Assembly: GCA_902617895.1 (NCBI GenBank)
Contig: CACMYJ010000005.1
Coordinates: 25,588-89,587, forward strand
Direction: 5' to 3'
DNA length: 64,000 bases
DNA from: an uncultured Pelagibacteraceae bacterium
GTDB taxonomy: Bacteria > Pseudomonadota > Alphaproteobacteria > Pelagibacterales > Pelagibacteraceae
Shown piece after piece: positions 17,143 to 26,760 of this stretch (its first letter is position 1; every line of letters begins with the position of its first letter). The notes under the pieces were generated by a model, which had not been told where the DNA came from, ran no database searches, and saw only the letters and a program-made list of their open reading frames with translations. The position numbers and the translations under genes are program-made.

Positions 17143-17639
17143 TGAAAAAACTAATACTTTTATTTATTTTTATCGCCTTTAATTCAAATGCAGCTTCAAT
17201 GAAGATGATTGGATCTAAGGGTAATCCAAATGATGTTACTAGAGTAATAGAAGTAAAGATGTATGACAATTATTATGAGCCAAGTTCAATTCAAGTCAAA
17301 AAAGGCGAAACAGTAAAGATAATTGTTAAAAATTTAGGTGAACTGGTGCATGAATATAATATTGGCACTAAAAAGATGCATATTGATCACCAACCCGAAA
17401 TGGCAAGATTAATTGAACACGATATTCTTTTAGGCGACCGTATTGATCATAAAAAAATGAAAGAAATGTCTAAAAAAGATCACTCATTAGGCCATAAACA
17501 CGCAAATAGTGTAATGCTAGAGCCAAATAAAACAGGAGAAATTATTTGGAAGTTTTCAAAAGATATTTCTTTAGAAATGGCGTGTAATATTCCGGGTCAT
17601 TATGAAACTGGAATGGTTGGGCCAATTATTATTGAATAA
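17142..17639 (+). CDS. Periplasmic cupredoxin, CopI-like copper-binding protein
   Basis: Signal peptide; HEYNIG and CNIPGHYETGM type-1 Cu ligands; His/Met-rich internal segment. Confidence 0.82.
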   Translation: MKKLILLFIFIAFNSNAASMKMIGSKGNPNDVTRVIEVKMYDNYYEPSSIQVKKGETVKIIVKNLGELVHEYNIGTKKMHIDHQPEMARLIEHDILLGDRIDHKKMKEMSKKDHSLGHKHANSVMLEPNKTGEIIWKFSKDISLEMACNIPGHYETGMVGPIIIE

Positions 17640-17684
17640 TATAATTTTATAGATATTAATTTTAGATAATATTATTCTTAATTG

Positions 17685-18020
17685 ATGAGTAATATAACAG
17701 CTTATATAATCTTAATTATTGCAGTTGCTCTTGGTACAGCATCAAATGGTTTTGCCAAAGCTGCAAATGGTTTTACAATATTTTTACCAAGTGTCTTTAC
17801 AGCAGTAACAATAGTTGCTTGCATGTATACGCTGTCTTTAGTTATGAAAACTATTCCTGTTGGCGTGACTTATGCTTCATTTGCAGGCTTGTGTATAATA
17901 GCTACTTCAGTTGTTGGTATTTATAAATTTAATCAAATTCCTGACTTTTTTACAATTATAGGTCTAATACTAATTATATCTGGAGTTTTAATTGTTAATT
18001 TAGTAGGAAAATCAAATTAA
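17685..18020 (+). CDS. SMR/DMT family small transporter
   Basis: Four TM segments; IPVGVTYA and GLILIISGV motifs. The canonical TM1 Glu is not evident. Confidence 0.75.
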   Translation: MSNITAYIILIIAVALGTASNGFAKAANGFTIFLPSVFTAVTIVACMYTLSLVMKTIPVGVTYASFAGLCIIATSVVGIYKFNQIPDFFTIIGLILIISGVLIVNLVGKSN

Positions 18021-18023
18021 ATA

Positions 18024-18368
18024 TTAAAGTTCATCTGGCAGATCATGCTTACCGTCATCTTTTAAATTGATCATATATTCTTTAACTACAAAATCTAAAT
18101 TTAGATCTGAGTATAAATGTGGAAACATGTTGCCATCAGTTGATTGCTCCCAAACTAGATTTTTTAATTTTAGAGCATCCACTTTAAGAATTATTAAATT
18201 AGTTTGATTAACATAAAACTTATTTAGTGTTTGCTTGATCTGATCTTTGTCTGAAAAATGAATATAACCATCTTTTAAATCTAATGTAGTGCCTTTAAAA
18301 ATATTATTTTGTTTTGCATTACTCCACTCTGATTTTGTGCATATCTTGTAGACAAAATCGAAATTCAT
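18024..18368 (-). CDS. DUF952 family protein
   Basis: VYKI...EW, DLKDGYIHFS, FPHLY. Confidence 0.85.
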   Translation of the reverse strand: MNFDFVYKICTKSEWSNAKQNNIFKGTTLDLKDGYIHFSDKDQIKQTLNKFYVNQTNLIILKVDALKLKNLVWEQSTDGNMFPHLYSDLNLDFVVKEYMINLKDDGKHDLPDEL

Positions 18369-18369
18369 T

Positions 18370-18762
18370 TTATTTTAAAAAGTCGTCTACTTCTACTTGA
18401 TAACCTTCAACTAAACGATTTGTTTCATTTGCCATCCCGACAATTGCGATCATTTCGTTTATCATTCCATCTGTTGCACCTTTTTTTCTTGCTGCTAAGG
18501 AATGAGATTTAATACAATATTCACAATTGTTAGTAATTGAAACTGCAACATAAATAAGCTCCTTTACAGCAGGATCTAATTCACCTTTTCCCATTACTTG
18601 TTGTAATGATCTCCAGGTTCTTTCTAATGTTTCAGGACTATTAGCCATAGTTTTCCAAAAATTCGGAATTTCAGTTATTTGTCGGGCTTCTTTTATTTCA
18701 TCAAAAATTTCTTTTACTTTGCCAGTAGCCTCACTTTCAGAAATTTTTTTAAATATTGTCAT
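18370..18762 (-). CDS. Carboxymuconolactone decarboxylase/AhpD-like peroxidase-related protein
   Basis: KELIYVAVS..NNCEYCIKSH (E...CxxC..H). Confidence 0.88.
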   Translation of the reverse strand: MTIFKKISESEATGKVKEIFDEIKEARQITEIPNFWKTMANSPETLERTWRSLQQVMGKGELDPAVKELIYVAVSITNNCEYCIKSHSLAARKKGATDGMINEMIAIVGMANETNRLVEGYQVEVDDFLK

Positions 18763-18774
18763 AGTTTTCTCCTT

Positions 18775-20457
18775 TTAGTTATAAATTGACTCAATTTTTG
18801 GCATTAATTTTAGTAGTTCCTTAGTATAATTATGTTTTGGATTTTTAAACAGCTCTTCTGTTTCGGACACTTCGCATAATTTTCCATCTTTAAGTACAGC
18901 TATTTTATCACACATTTGCCTAACAACAGGTAAATCATGGCTTATAAATAAAATAGTGAGATTTAACTGTTCTTGAAGATCTTTTAATAAGTTTAATATT
19001 TGAGCTTGAATACTCACATCTAATGCTGATGTAGGTTCATCACAAACAAGAAGTCTTGGTTGTGTGGCTAATGCTCTTGCTATTGATATTCTTTGTCTTT
19101 GTCCCCCTGAAAATTCATGCGGATATCTGATTGCAGACTGTTGAGTTAATTCAACAGATTCTAATAAATCATAGATATAACTGTCTAATTCGCTAGATTT
19201 TATATCCGGATTATGAAGTTTAATTGGTTCTGCAATAATTTCTTTTACTTTTAGTCTTCCATTTAACGAAGAAAATGGATCCTGAAAGATCATTTGAATT
19301 TGTTTTCTAAATTTAAGTAGATCTTTGTTTTTTTTAATTTTGGTAACATTAACACTGTCAAAATAAATATCTCCAGAACTAGGCTTAAACAAATTGACAA
19401 CCATTTTTGCTATTGTTGTTTTACCACTTCCACTCTCACCAACTAAGCCAAAGGATTGCCCTTCTTTTATATTTAGTGAGACATCATCTACAGCCATTAC
19501 AGAATTCTTTGTATTCTCCGTGAAAAAACTATCGTCAAAAGATTTACTCAAGTTTTTTATTTCTATTAAATTTTGATCAATAATTATCTTTTTGGACCAC
19601 CTATTTAATATTTTAATGTTATTATTTTGATTATTAACATTCTCTTTTTCTATTATTGTAAATCTAGATATTTTTTTATTAGTTGGTGGTACAGAGCTGA
19701 CTAAGCTTTTTGTGTATTTTTCCTTAGGCTCAACTAATATCTGTTTAGTTAAACCTATTTCAACTAAGTCTCCATTTTTCATGACAGCTACCCTGTCTGT
19801 AGTTTCAGCGATAACTCCCATATCGTGAGTAATAAGTATTACAGCTAAATTTCTCTCTTTTGTAAGTCTTTTAATTAATTCTAGAATTTGAGACTGAATA
19901 GAAACGTCTAGTGCTGTTGTTGGTTCATCTGCAATTAATAATTCGGGTTCGCAACATAATGCAAGAGATATAACAACTCTTTGTCTCATACCGCCAGAAA
20001 ATTGGTGAGGGTAATTATAAAACCTTTTTTCGGCATCCTTGATCCCTACCTCTTTTAATAGATTAATTGCTTTATTTTTTGCATCTTCTGAACTTAAGTT
20101 TAAATGAGTTTGTATTGTTTCTATAAGCTGTTCACCAATTGTTAAAATCGGATTCAAAGAGGTTTGAGGATCTTGAAATATTAATCCAATTTTTTTTCCC
20201 CTATACTGAATAATTGTTTCTAGATTTTCGCTGATATTTGTTTCTCCCATCAATATTGATCCACTTGAAACTTTACCTGGTTCATCAATTAAATTTACAA
20301 TGGCATTAGCAACAGTACTTTTTCCAGAACCAGACTCACCGACTAATCCAACAATTTCACCTTTTTTTATGTCTATATTTATATTTTTTGCAGCATTTAC
20401 AGTTTCTTTTCTCATTTTATAGTCGACACTCAAATTACTTATTTTTAGAAAAGTCAT
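18775..20457 (-). CDS. Peptide ABC transporter, fused double ATP-binding protein
   Basis: Two GESGSGK Walker A motifs and two YPHxFSGG motifs. Confidence 0.92.
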   Translation of the reverse strand: MTFLKISNLSVDYKMRKETVNAAKNINIDIKKGEIVGLVGESGSGKSTVANAIVNLIDEPGKVSSGSILMGETNISENLETIIQYRGKKIGLIFQDPQTSLNPILTIGEQLIETIQTHLNLSSEDAKNKAINLLKEVGIKDAEKRFYNYPHQFSGGMRQRVVISLALCCEPELLIADEPTTALDVSIQSQILELIKRLTKERNLAVILITHDMGVIAETTDRVAVMKNGDLVEIGLTKQILVEPKEKYTKSLVSSVPPTNKKISRFTIIEKENVNNQNNNIKILNRWSKKIIIDQNLIEIKNLSKSFDDSFFTENTKNSVMAVDDVSLNIKEGQSFGLVGESGSGKTTIAKMVVNLFKPSSGDIYFDSVNVTKIKKNKDLLKFRKQIQMIFQDPFSSLNGRLKVKEIIAEPIKLHNPDIKSSELDSYIYDLLESVELTQQSAIRYPHEFSGGQRQRISIARALATQPRLLVCDEPTSALDVSIQAQILNLLKDLQEQLNLTILFISHDLPVVRQMCDKIAVLKDGKLCEVSETEELFKNPKHNYTKELLKLMPKIESIYN

Positions 20458-21392
20458 TTTTTTAACCTTGGGTTAAGCGTATCTCTCATCCAATCTCCTA
20501 ATAAATTAATTGAGAAAGCAAGAATAACTAAAAATATTGCAGGAAAGAATGTTATCCACCATTCCCCTGAAAATAAAAAATCGTTTCCTAATCTAATTAA
20601 AGTACCTAATGAAGGTGTTGTAGGAGGAACTCCCACCCCTAAAAAACTCAATGTTGACTCTGCAATGATAGCAAGAGCTAGACCAATTGTGCCTATTACC
20701 AAAACAGGTCTCATTATATTTGGCAGTATATGCTTAAACATAATAAGTAAATTTGAAACACCTATAATTGATGAAGCTGAAACATAATCTTTATTTTTTT
20801 CTACTAAAGTTGCTGCACGAGAAACTCTTGCAAATTGAGGCCACTCCGAAATTCCTATAGCAAAAATTAAAACATATATTGCCATCTCATCATGCATTTC
20901 TCTGGAGATGATACCTCTTGCAATACCATCAACTAATAGAGCCATTAATATACTTGGTACTGTTAGCTGAACATCTGTTAATCTCATTACTATCATTTCA
21001 TATTTTCCACCAAAGTAACCTGCTGTTAAACCCAGTGAGACGCCTAATATTAGACTAAAGATAATTGCTGAGAAACCAACTATTAATGAAATTCGTGAAC
21101 CATAAAGAATTGTTGAAAGCATATCTCTTCCTTGTCCATCTGTACCTAAGATAAATTTTGCCATACCATCATCAGTCCAAGAAGGAGGAGTAAAAGCTTC
21201 CATTAGAGATAATGATGCAGGGTCAAATGGGTTATGAGGGGTAACAAACTCAACAAAAAAAGAACAAAAGAAAATTACTAATAATATTATTGATGATACA
21301 ATTGCAGTTGGAGATTTAATAAAGCTAAAGTAAATGTCGCTATCTTTTAGTCTTTCCCAAGAATCAAGTATTTTATTATCCACTTGTAGCAT
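20454..21392 (-). CDS. Peptide ABC permease (DppC-like)
   Basis: LGTDGQGRD, KHILPN, ESTLSFLGVG. Confidence 0.9.
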   Translation of the reverse strand: MLQVDNKILDSWERLKDSDIYFSFIKSPTAIVSSIILLVIFFCSFFVEFVTPHNPFDPASLSLMEAFTPPSWTDDGMAKFILGTDGQGRDMLSTILYGSRISLIVGFSAIIFSLILGVSLGLTAGYFGGKYEMIVMRLTDVQLTVPSILMALLVDGIARGIISREMHDEMAIYVLIFAIGISEWPQFARVSRAATLVEKNKDYVSASSIIGVSNLLIMFKHILPNIMRPVLVIGTIGLALAIIAESTLSFLGVGVPPTTPSLGTLIRLGNDFLFSGEWWITFFPAIFLVILAFSINLLGDWMRDTLNPRLKK

Positions 21393-22359
21393 CTCCCTTA
21401 ACTCGAATTCTAGGATCGATAAAATAGTATAGTATATCTACAATAAAATTTATCATCACAAATACAAAAGCTATAAATACTAAATATGCTGACATAATTG
21501 GTATATCTACGAATTGAACCGCCTGAATAAATAAAAAACCCATGCCAGGCCATTGAAAAACAGTTTCAGTAATTATTGAGAAAGCAACTAATGTCCCTAT
21601 ATTTATTCCCGCTATGGTTATGACAGGAATTAATCCATTTTTAAGTGCATGTTTATAGTTAATACTCTTTTCACTTATGCCTCGAGCTCTGGCAAATTTT
21701 ATATAATCAGTTTGTAATATTTCCATCATCTCAGCTCTTACTAACCTAATTATATAAGTCATTTGAAAAAGGCTGAGTGTTACAGATGGAAGTATAATTG
21801 CTTTCAATCCTGAAACAGTTAAAAGTCCAGTAGTCCAAAAGCCTAGGTCAATAACCTCTCCTCTTCCAAAGGATGGGAGAACACCTAATATGACTGCAAA
21901 AAGGTAAATAAATAATATTCCAATCACAAATGTTGGAAGTGATACACCTAAAAGAGATACTGCTAGTATAAAGTCACTTAAAAAGCCTTTTCTATTAATA
22001 CCCGTATAAACTCCCAATAAAGTACCTGAAACTAATGCAATTAATGCAGAAATTAATACTAGTTCAATAGTTGCTGGCAGTCTTTCAATAATTAATTCAG
22101 AAACTGGTCTCCTAAGTTGATATGAAATTCCAAACTCACCTTTGGATGCGTTTACTACAAACCTTGAAAATTGAATATGTATTGGATCTGTTAATCCAAG
22201 AGTTTCTCTTAATTCAGCTCTTTCTTCATCTGAAGTTTCTTCGCCAACCATGTTGTTAATTGGATCACCCACAAAGTTAAATAAAGAAAATGAAACAAAT
22301 GACACAACAAGCATCACTATTACTGATTGAATCAAACGTTTGAAAAAATACTTTATCAA
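21376..22359 (-). CDS. Peptide ABC permease (DppB-like), TTG start
   Basis: ERLPATIEL, DYIKFARARG, TETVFQWPGMG, IDPRIR. Confidence 0.9.
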   Translation of the reverse strand: MIKYFFKRLIQSVIVMLVVSFVSFSLFNFVGDPINNMVGEETSDEERAELRETLGLTDPIHIQFSRFVVNASKGEFGISYQLRRPVSELIIERLPATIELVLISALIALVSGTLLGVYTGINRKGFLSDFILAVSLLGVSLPTFVIGILFIYLFAVILGVLPSFGRGEVIDLGFWTTGLLTVSGLKAIILPSVTLSLFQMTYIIRLVRAEMMEILQTDYIKFARARGISEKSINYKHALKNGLIPVITIAGINIGTLVAFSIITETVFQWPGMGFLFIQAVQFVDIPIMSAYLVFIAFVFVMINFIVDILYYFIDPRIRVKGDATSG

Positions 22360-22377
22360 TTTAAGAAATATTTATAC

Positions 22378-22410
22378 TTATAAGCCCTTTGTTAAACAAA
22401 GGGCTTATAA
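22378..22410 (-). terminator. Stem-loop after the DppA-like SBP
   Basis: TTATAAGCCCTTTGT-TAA-ACAAAGGGCTTATAA, perfect 15-bp inverted repeat. Confidence 0.72.
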
Positions 22411-22419
22411 AAAAGTTAT

Positions 22420-23982
22420 TTATTTAAAACTTGCAAAACGGAATAATGGTTCATTATTCGGTCTTATTGGAACATCTACACTATTTTTAGTTGCCCAAGA
22501 AATTACTTGGTGGTGTAAAGGAAGATATGAAATATCATCTTTTACAATTTTCCAAGCATTTGCAATAGCTGCATTTCTTTTGTCTAAGTCAACTTCACCT
22601 TCCATTACTCTTATAGCAGCGTCAACTTCGCTGTTGCTAAAGTTTACTTTATTCCAGCTAGCGCCTGACTCATATAGATAATGGAAAACATAATGACTAT
22701 CTAATGTTGGAACTCCCCATCCTAGCATATAGAAATCACCCTTATCTTCTTTTAATTCCTTAAAATGCTTACTTTTTGTCTGAGCGAATAGATTAACATT
22801 TACGCCGATTTTGCCTAACATTCCAACTACTGCAGTACAAATTGCTTCGTCGTTTACATATCTATCGTTAGGGCATCTTAGTTCAACATCGAAACCTTTT
22901 GGATATCCTGCGTCAGCTAACAATTTTTTTGCAGCGTCAACATCAAAAGGCAATCTTTTATCTAGATCTTTTGTGTATCCATTTACACCAGGAAAAGTTA
23001 TGATACCCGCAGGCTCACTAAGACCTCTCATTACTTTTTTCTTAATTGCTTCTATATCTATTGCTTGATAAAGGGCTTGTCTTACTTCTTTTTTCTTAAA
23101 TGGATTATCACCAGTATTTCCAGATCTTAATTTATCTGCTGCTTGGTCCATACCTAAAAAGATTGTACGCATTTGAGCTGTGCTCACTACATCATGATCT
23201 GCAGAATTTCCAATTCTAGCTAGGTCTTGAACTGGCGCGTCAGTTACTAAATCAACTTCACCAGATAATAATGCTGCAACTCTTGTAGCTGAGTTTTTAA
23301 TTGGTAATAGGTGTATTTCACTAACACTATTATCTTTCATTGAACCCCACCAATTGCTATTTCTCTCAAATACTGTCTTAGTATTTGGCTCTCTTAGAGT
23401 AATTTTGAATGGTCCAGTTCCCATTGCATTAGTTGCTGAGAATGTTTCTTCTCCACCATCCCAGTTTTGTGAAACTGTTGCTCCAAAATCAATAGACCAT
23501 TTTTTAGACATTATAAATATGTTTGATAATTGGTTTAAAAGAATTGGATTTGGTTTACTTGTAGTCACTTGAACAGTGTAATTATCAATTTCTTTAACAT
23601 CAGAAATTGTACTTATGTATTCTTTAAAATCTGATGTAGGTTGTTTTGCTCTCAAAATACTAAATACAACATCTTTTGCAGTCATATCTGTACCATCAGA
23701 AAATTTTACACCTTTTCTTAAATTAAAAACCCAAGTATTTGGATCAGTTGTTTTCCAATCAGTTGCAAGTTGAGGTTCAATACTCATATCCAGACCTCTT
23801 GTTACAAGTGCTTCATAGACCTGTCTTGAAACTTGTGTTGTAGGACCTTCATTTTGGGCATGAGGATCCAAAGTTAGACTATCTCCTTGCATAGACCATT
23901 TAATTGTTTTCGCGTATGAATGTGTTGATACAAAAACAAATAAAATTGCAAAGAAAATTTTAATAAAATTTTTAAATTTCAT
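22420..23982 (-). CDS. Peptide ABC substrate-binding protein (family 5, DppA-like)
   Basis: Signal peptide; LDPH, FNLRKGVKFSDG, GTGPF; AGGAGG SD. Confidence 0.92.
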   Translation of the reverse strand: MKFKNFIKIFFAILFVFVSTHSYAKTIKWSMQGDSLTLDPHAQNEGPTTQVSRQVYEALVTRGLDMSIEPQLATDWKTTDPNTWVFNLRKGVKFSDGTDMTAKDVVFSILRAKQPTSDFKEYISTISDVKEIDNYTVQVTTSKPNPILLNQLSNIFIMSKKWSIDFGATVSQNWDGGEETFSATNAMGTGPFKITLREPNTKTVFERNSNWWGSMKDNSVSEIHLLPIKNSATRVAALLSGEVDLVTDAPVQDLARIGNSADHDVVSTAQMRTIFLGMDQAADKLRSGNTGDNPFKKKEVRQALYQAIDIEAIKKKVMRGLSEPAGIITFPGVNGYTKDLDKRLPFDVDAAKKLLADAGYPKGFDVELRCPNDRYVNDEAICTAVVGMLGKIGVNVNLFAQTKSKHFKELKEDKGDFYMLGWGVPTLDSHYVFHYLYESGASWNKVNFSNSEVDAAIRVMEGEVDLDKRNAAIANAWKIVKDDISYLPLHHQVISWATKNSVDVPIRPNNEPLFRFASFK

Positions 23983-24053
23983 TTTTCCTCCTAATTATTA
24001 CAAATAAAATTAAACCTGATTAATAGGCTAACTACAAGGGTAAAATAGGTAAC

Positions 24054-24785
24054 TTAATTGTTAAGAATGATATTGTTTTTGAAGTTAGTATATAAAATTT
24101 TTGAATAATTATTCATATTTGTCATATTTTCTTTGGCGTCTTTATCAAATTTTTCCAGAGCACCCTGTCCTAATTGATTTTCTAGTGCTGACTTATATTC
24201 AGGTACACAACCCCAATCATTTACAGTTGTATCTTTGATCTCTATATGGAATTGAATGCCATAAGCATTGTTTTTGTATCGAAATATTTGATATTTTGTC
24301 TCTTTTGATGAAGCAAGCAATGTTACATTTCTATTTTTTTCTAATTCTTGAACTTCATAAGAGTGCCATTGTAATGTTGTAATTTTTTGAGGAAAATCTG
24401 CGAAAAGCATATCTTTCTTTTTTTCATCCAAAAAGTTTACATCCAGCATTCCAATTTCAGGATTATTAGTTTTAACTACTTTTCCTCCAATTGCTTCTCC
24501 TAGCAATTGACATCCGAGACAAAACCCTAAGTATGGCTTATTTAATTCTACAACGAACTCTTTAATTTTTTTTTTTTCTTCGATGAGCCAAGGAAAATCC
24601 TTTTCCATCCAAGTATCCATAGGTCCACCCATGCATAGCATACCGTCAAAAAAATTTAAATTATCTGGAATTTTTTCGCCTTCATCTAATTCAATAGTTG
24701 TAATATTAACTCCGTCTTTGATCATTAAATCTTTTATATAACCAGGATCTTCAATATTTATGTGTTGAAGAACAAGAATTTCCAT
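24054..24785 (-). CDS. Type-1 glutamine amidotransferase-like protein
   Basis: GGPM, GFCLGCQL nucleophile, QFHIE His-Glu. Confidence 0.88.
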   Translation of the reverse strand: MEILVLQHINIEDPGYIKDLMIKDGVNITTIELDEGEKIPDNLNFFDGMLCMGGPMDTWMEKDFPWLIEEKKKIKEFVVELNKPYLGFCLGCQLLGEAIGGKVVKTNNPEIGMLDVNFLDEKKKDMLFADFPQKITTLQWHSYEVQELEKNRNVTLLASSKETKYQIFRYKNNAYGIQFHIEIKDTTVNDWGCVPEYKSALENQLGQGALEKFDKDAKENMTNMNNYSKILYTNFKNNIILNN

Positions 24786-24787
24786 TG

Positions 24788-25591
24788 TTATACGATGGGT
24801 TTTAGCAAACCTAATATTTTTTTATGAATTGTTTTATTGGATGATACCACTACATGTCCTGCCTGTTTTGCATTTTGATTGTCCCAAGTTGTTACAATAC
24901 CACCAGCAGCATTAATAATTGGTATTAGTGGATGAATGTCCCAAATTTTATTATTACATTGTATGACAACATCAATTCTACCTTCACATATCTGAGCATA
25001 TGATAATGCATCTGAGCAAGGGAATTGTATTAATTTGAGGAGTTTTGGAATTTTTTTTTGTTGATTTAATGAAATTGCTCCATGAAAACCAGCAGTTAAT
25101 TTGATATCTTTAAATTTAACACTTTTGTTGACTGATATTTTTTTTCTTTTTTTATTTTCAACAACATATGCAATTTTTGTAGATTGATTATAATAATATT
25201 TGTTTAACATTGGGAAGTTTGCCAATCCAAATATTGGGTTACCTTTGTAATTTACTGATATTAAATTACTCCAAGTAGGACTTCCTATAACAAATGACCT
25301 GGTTCCATCTATGGGATCAATTACCCAACTAAAATCACTTTTAGTTTTTTTGTAACCAAATTCTTCTCCAATAATTTCATGACCAGGGAATTTTTTGCCT
25401 ATCTTTGCTCTAATGAATTTTTCAAAAGCTTTATCGCATGTAGTAACAGGGTCATATCCTTTGCCAAGTAATTTATTATTAACTTTAAAAGGTTTATTAA
25501 GTTTTTTAAAATAAAAATTCGTTAAATCAATTGCTAGTTGGTTCAAAAACTTTGGAAATTCATTATTTTTAATTATTAGATTGCTATCCAT
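24788..25591 (-). CDS. Inositol monophosphatase family protein, HisN-like histidinol-phosphate phosphatase
   Basis: DPVTTCD, GEEFG, WVIDPIDGT, IWD. Confidence 0.8.
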   Translation of the reverse strand: MDSNLIIKNNEFPKFLNQLAIDLTNFYFKKLNKPFKVNNKLLGKGYDPVTTCDKAFEKFIRAKIGKKFPGHEIIGEEFGYKKTKSDFSWVIDPIDGTRSFVIGSPTWSNLISVNYKGNPIFGLANFPMLNKYYYNQSTKIAYVVENKKRKKISVNKSVKFKDIKLTAGFHGAISLNQQKKIPKLLKLIQFPCSDALSYAQICEGRIDVVIQCNNKIWDIHPLIPIINAAGGIVTTWDNQNAKQAGHVVVSSNKTIHKKILGLLKPIV

Positions 25592-25640
25592 AATTCCAAT
25601 TACTACTTAATTTCTCTTGATTAAAGATATTTTTTAATTA

Positions 25641-26759
25641 ATGCTCAATTTTATGAAAATTGAATTAGATAATAATAAGGTGTTCTTTAGAGATGAAAAT
25701 CTGAATGAGGAAATTCACCCTTTTTGGCTTAGAGAAAGAGTAGAAAATGTTGAATTACTTGATCAAAAGACACAGCAGAGACTCTTTGATCCAAGCACAA
25801 TGGAGTCAGACGTCATTATTAAATCAGCAATAATTGAAAAAGACCTCCTAAACATAACTTTTTCAGATGGAATAGAAACTAAAATTGATATTAATAAAAT
25901 AATTCGAGAATTTAAAAATTCCAACTCAATTAGTAAAATTAAAGAAAAAGTAAAATGGACTTCCTCACTAAATAATGTAAAAAAATTTAATTTTCATGAG
26001 AATATTTATGAAAGTGTTGAAATGCACGAATTACTTGCTTCTTTTTACAAGTATGGATTTGCAATTTTAAAGAATGTTCCAACTCATGATAATTATTTAA
26101 TCAAATTTGCTAACTCTGTGGGCAGTGTTAGAAGAACTAATTTTGGTGAATACTTTAATGTTTCTTCAAAACCTAGTCCTAATGATCTAGCCTATACACC
26201 TTTACCATTGGCTCCTCATACCGATAATCCATATAGAAATCCAGTCCCTTGTATTCAGATATTGCATTGTATTGAAAATGAAGTAACTGGTGGTTTATCT
26301 ACGTTGGTCGATGGATATACTGTTACTGAAGATTTAAAAAAAAACTTTCCTGAATATTATGAAATATTAACTAAAGTAAAAGTAAAATTTAAATTTATTG
26401 ATAAAGATGTGATTTTAGAAGACTGGTCTGAATTAATAGAGCTCGATGAAAACAAGAATTTTAAACAAGTTAGATTTAGTCCGCGGCTTGATTACGTTCC
26501 AGTTTTAAAAAAAGATGAACTAGACCTTTACTATAAGGCTAGAAAAAAATTATCTGATTTGTATAACTCTGATTTCTATAGAATAGAATTTAAATTAATG
26601 TCTGGAGATTTAATTATGATGGATAATTACAGATTACTTCATGGTAGAACAGAATTTAATCCAAATGAGGGTAAAAGATTTTTACAAGGGTGCTATATTG
26701 AATATGATAGTACTGATAGTAAACTTAGACATTTACAAAGAAAGTTTAATATAAATTAA
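25641..26759 (+). CDS. Fe(II)/2-oxoglutarate dioxygenase, gamma-butyrobetaine hydroxylase/TmpA-like (TauD family)
   Basis: WLRE..QRL N-terminal domain; PHTDNPYR (HxD); DNYRLLHGR; RFLQGCY. Confidence 0.85.
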   Translation: MLNFMKIELDNNKVFFRDENLNEEIHPFWLRERVENVELLDQKTQQRLFDPSTMESDVIIKSAIIEKDLLNITFSDGIETKIDINKIIREFKNSNSISKIKEKVKWTSSLNNVKKFNFHENIYESVEMHELLASFYKYGFAILKNVPTHDNYLIKFANSVGSVRRTNFGEYFNVSSKPSPNDLAYTPLPLAPHTDNPYRNPVPCIQILHCIENEVTGGLSTLVDGYTVTEDLKKNFPEYYEILTKVKVKFKFIDKDVILEDWSELIELDENKNFKQVRFSPRLDYVPVLKKDELDLYYKARKKLSDLYNSDFYRIEFKLMSGDLIMMDNYRLLHGRTEFNPNEGKRFLQGCYIEYDSTDSKLRHLQRKFNIN

Positions 26760-26760
26760 T

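Noticed and set aside
14037-17639. Integron cassette array as the explanation for the run of small genes
   Set aside because: Spacers are too short and show no repeated attC-like elements; no integrase is present; the genes are translationally coupled.
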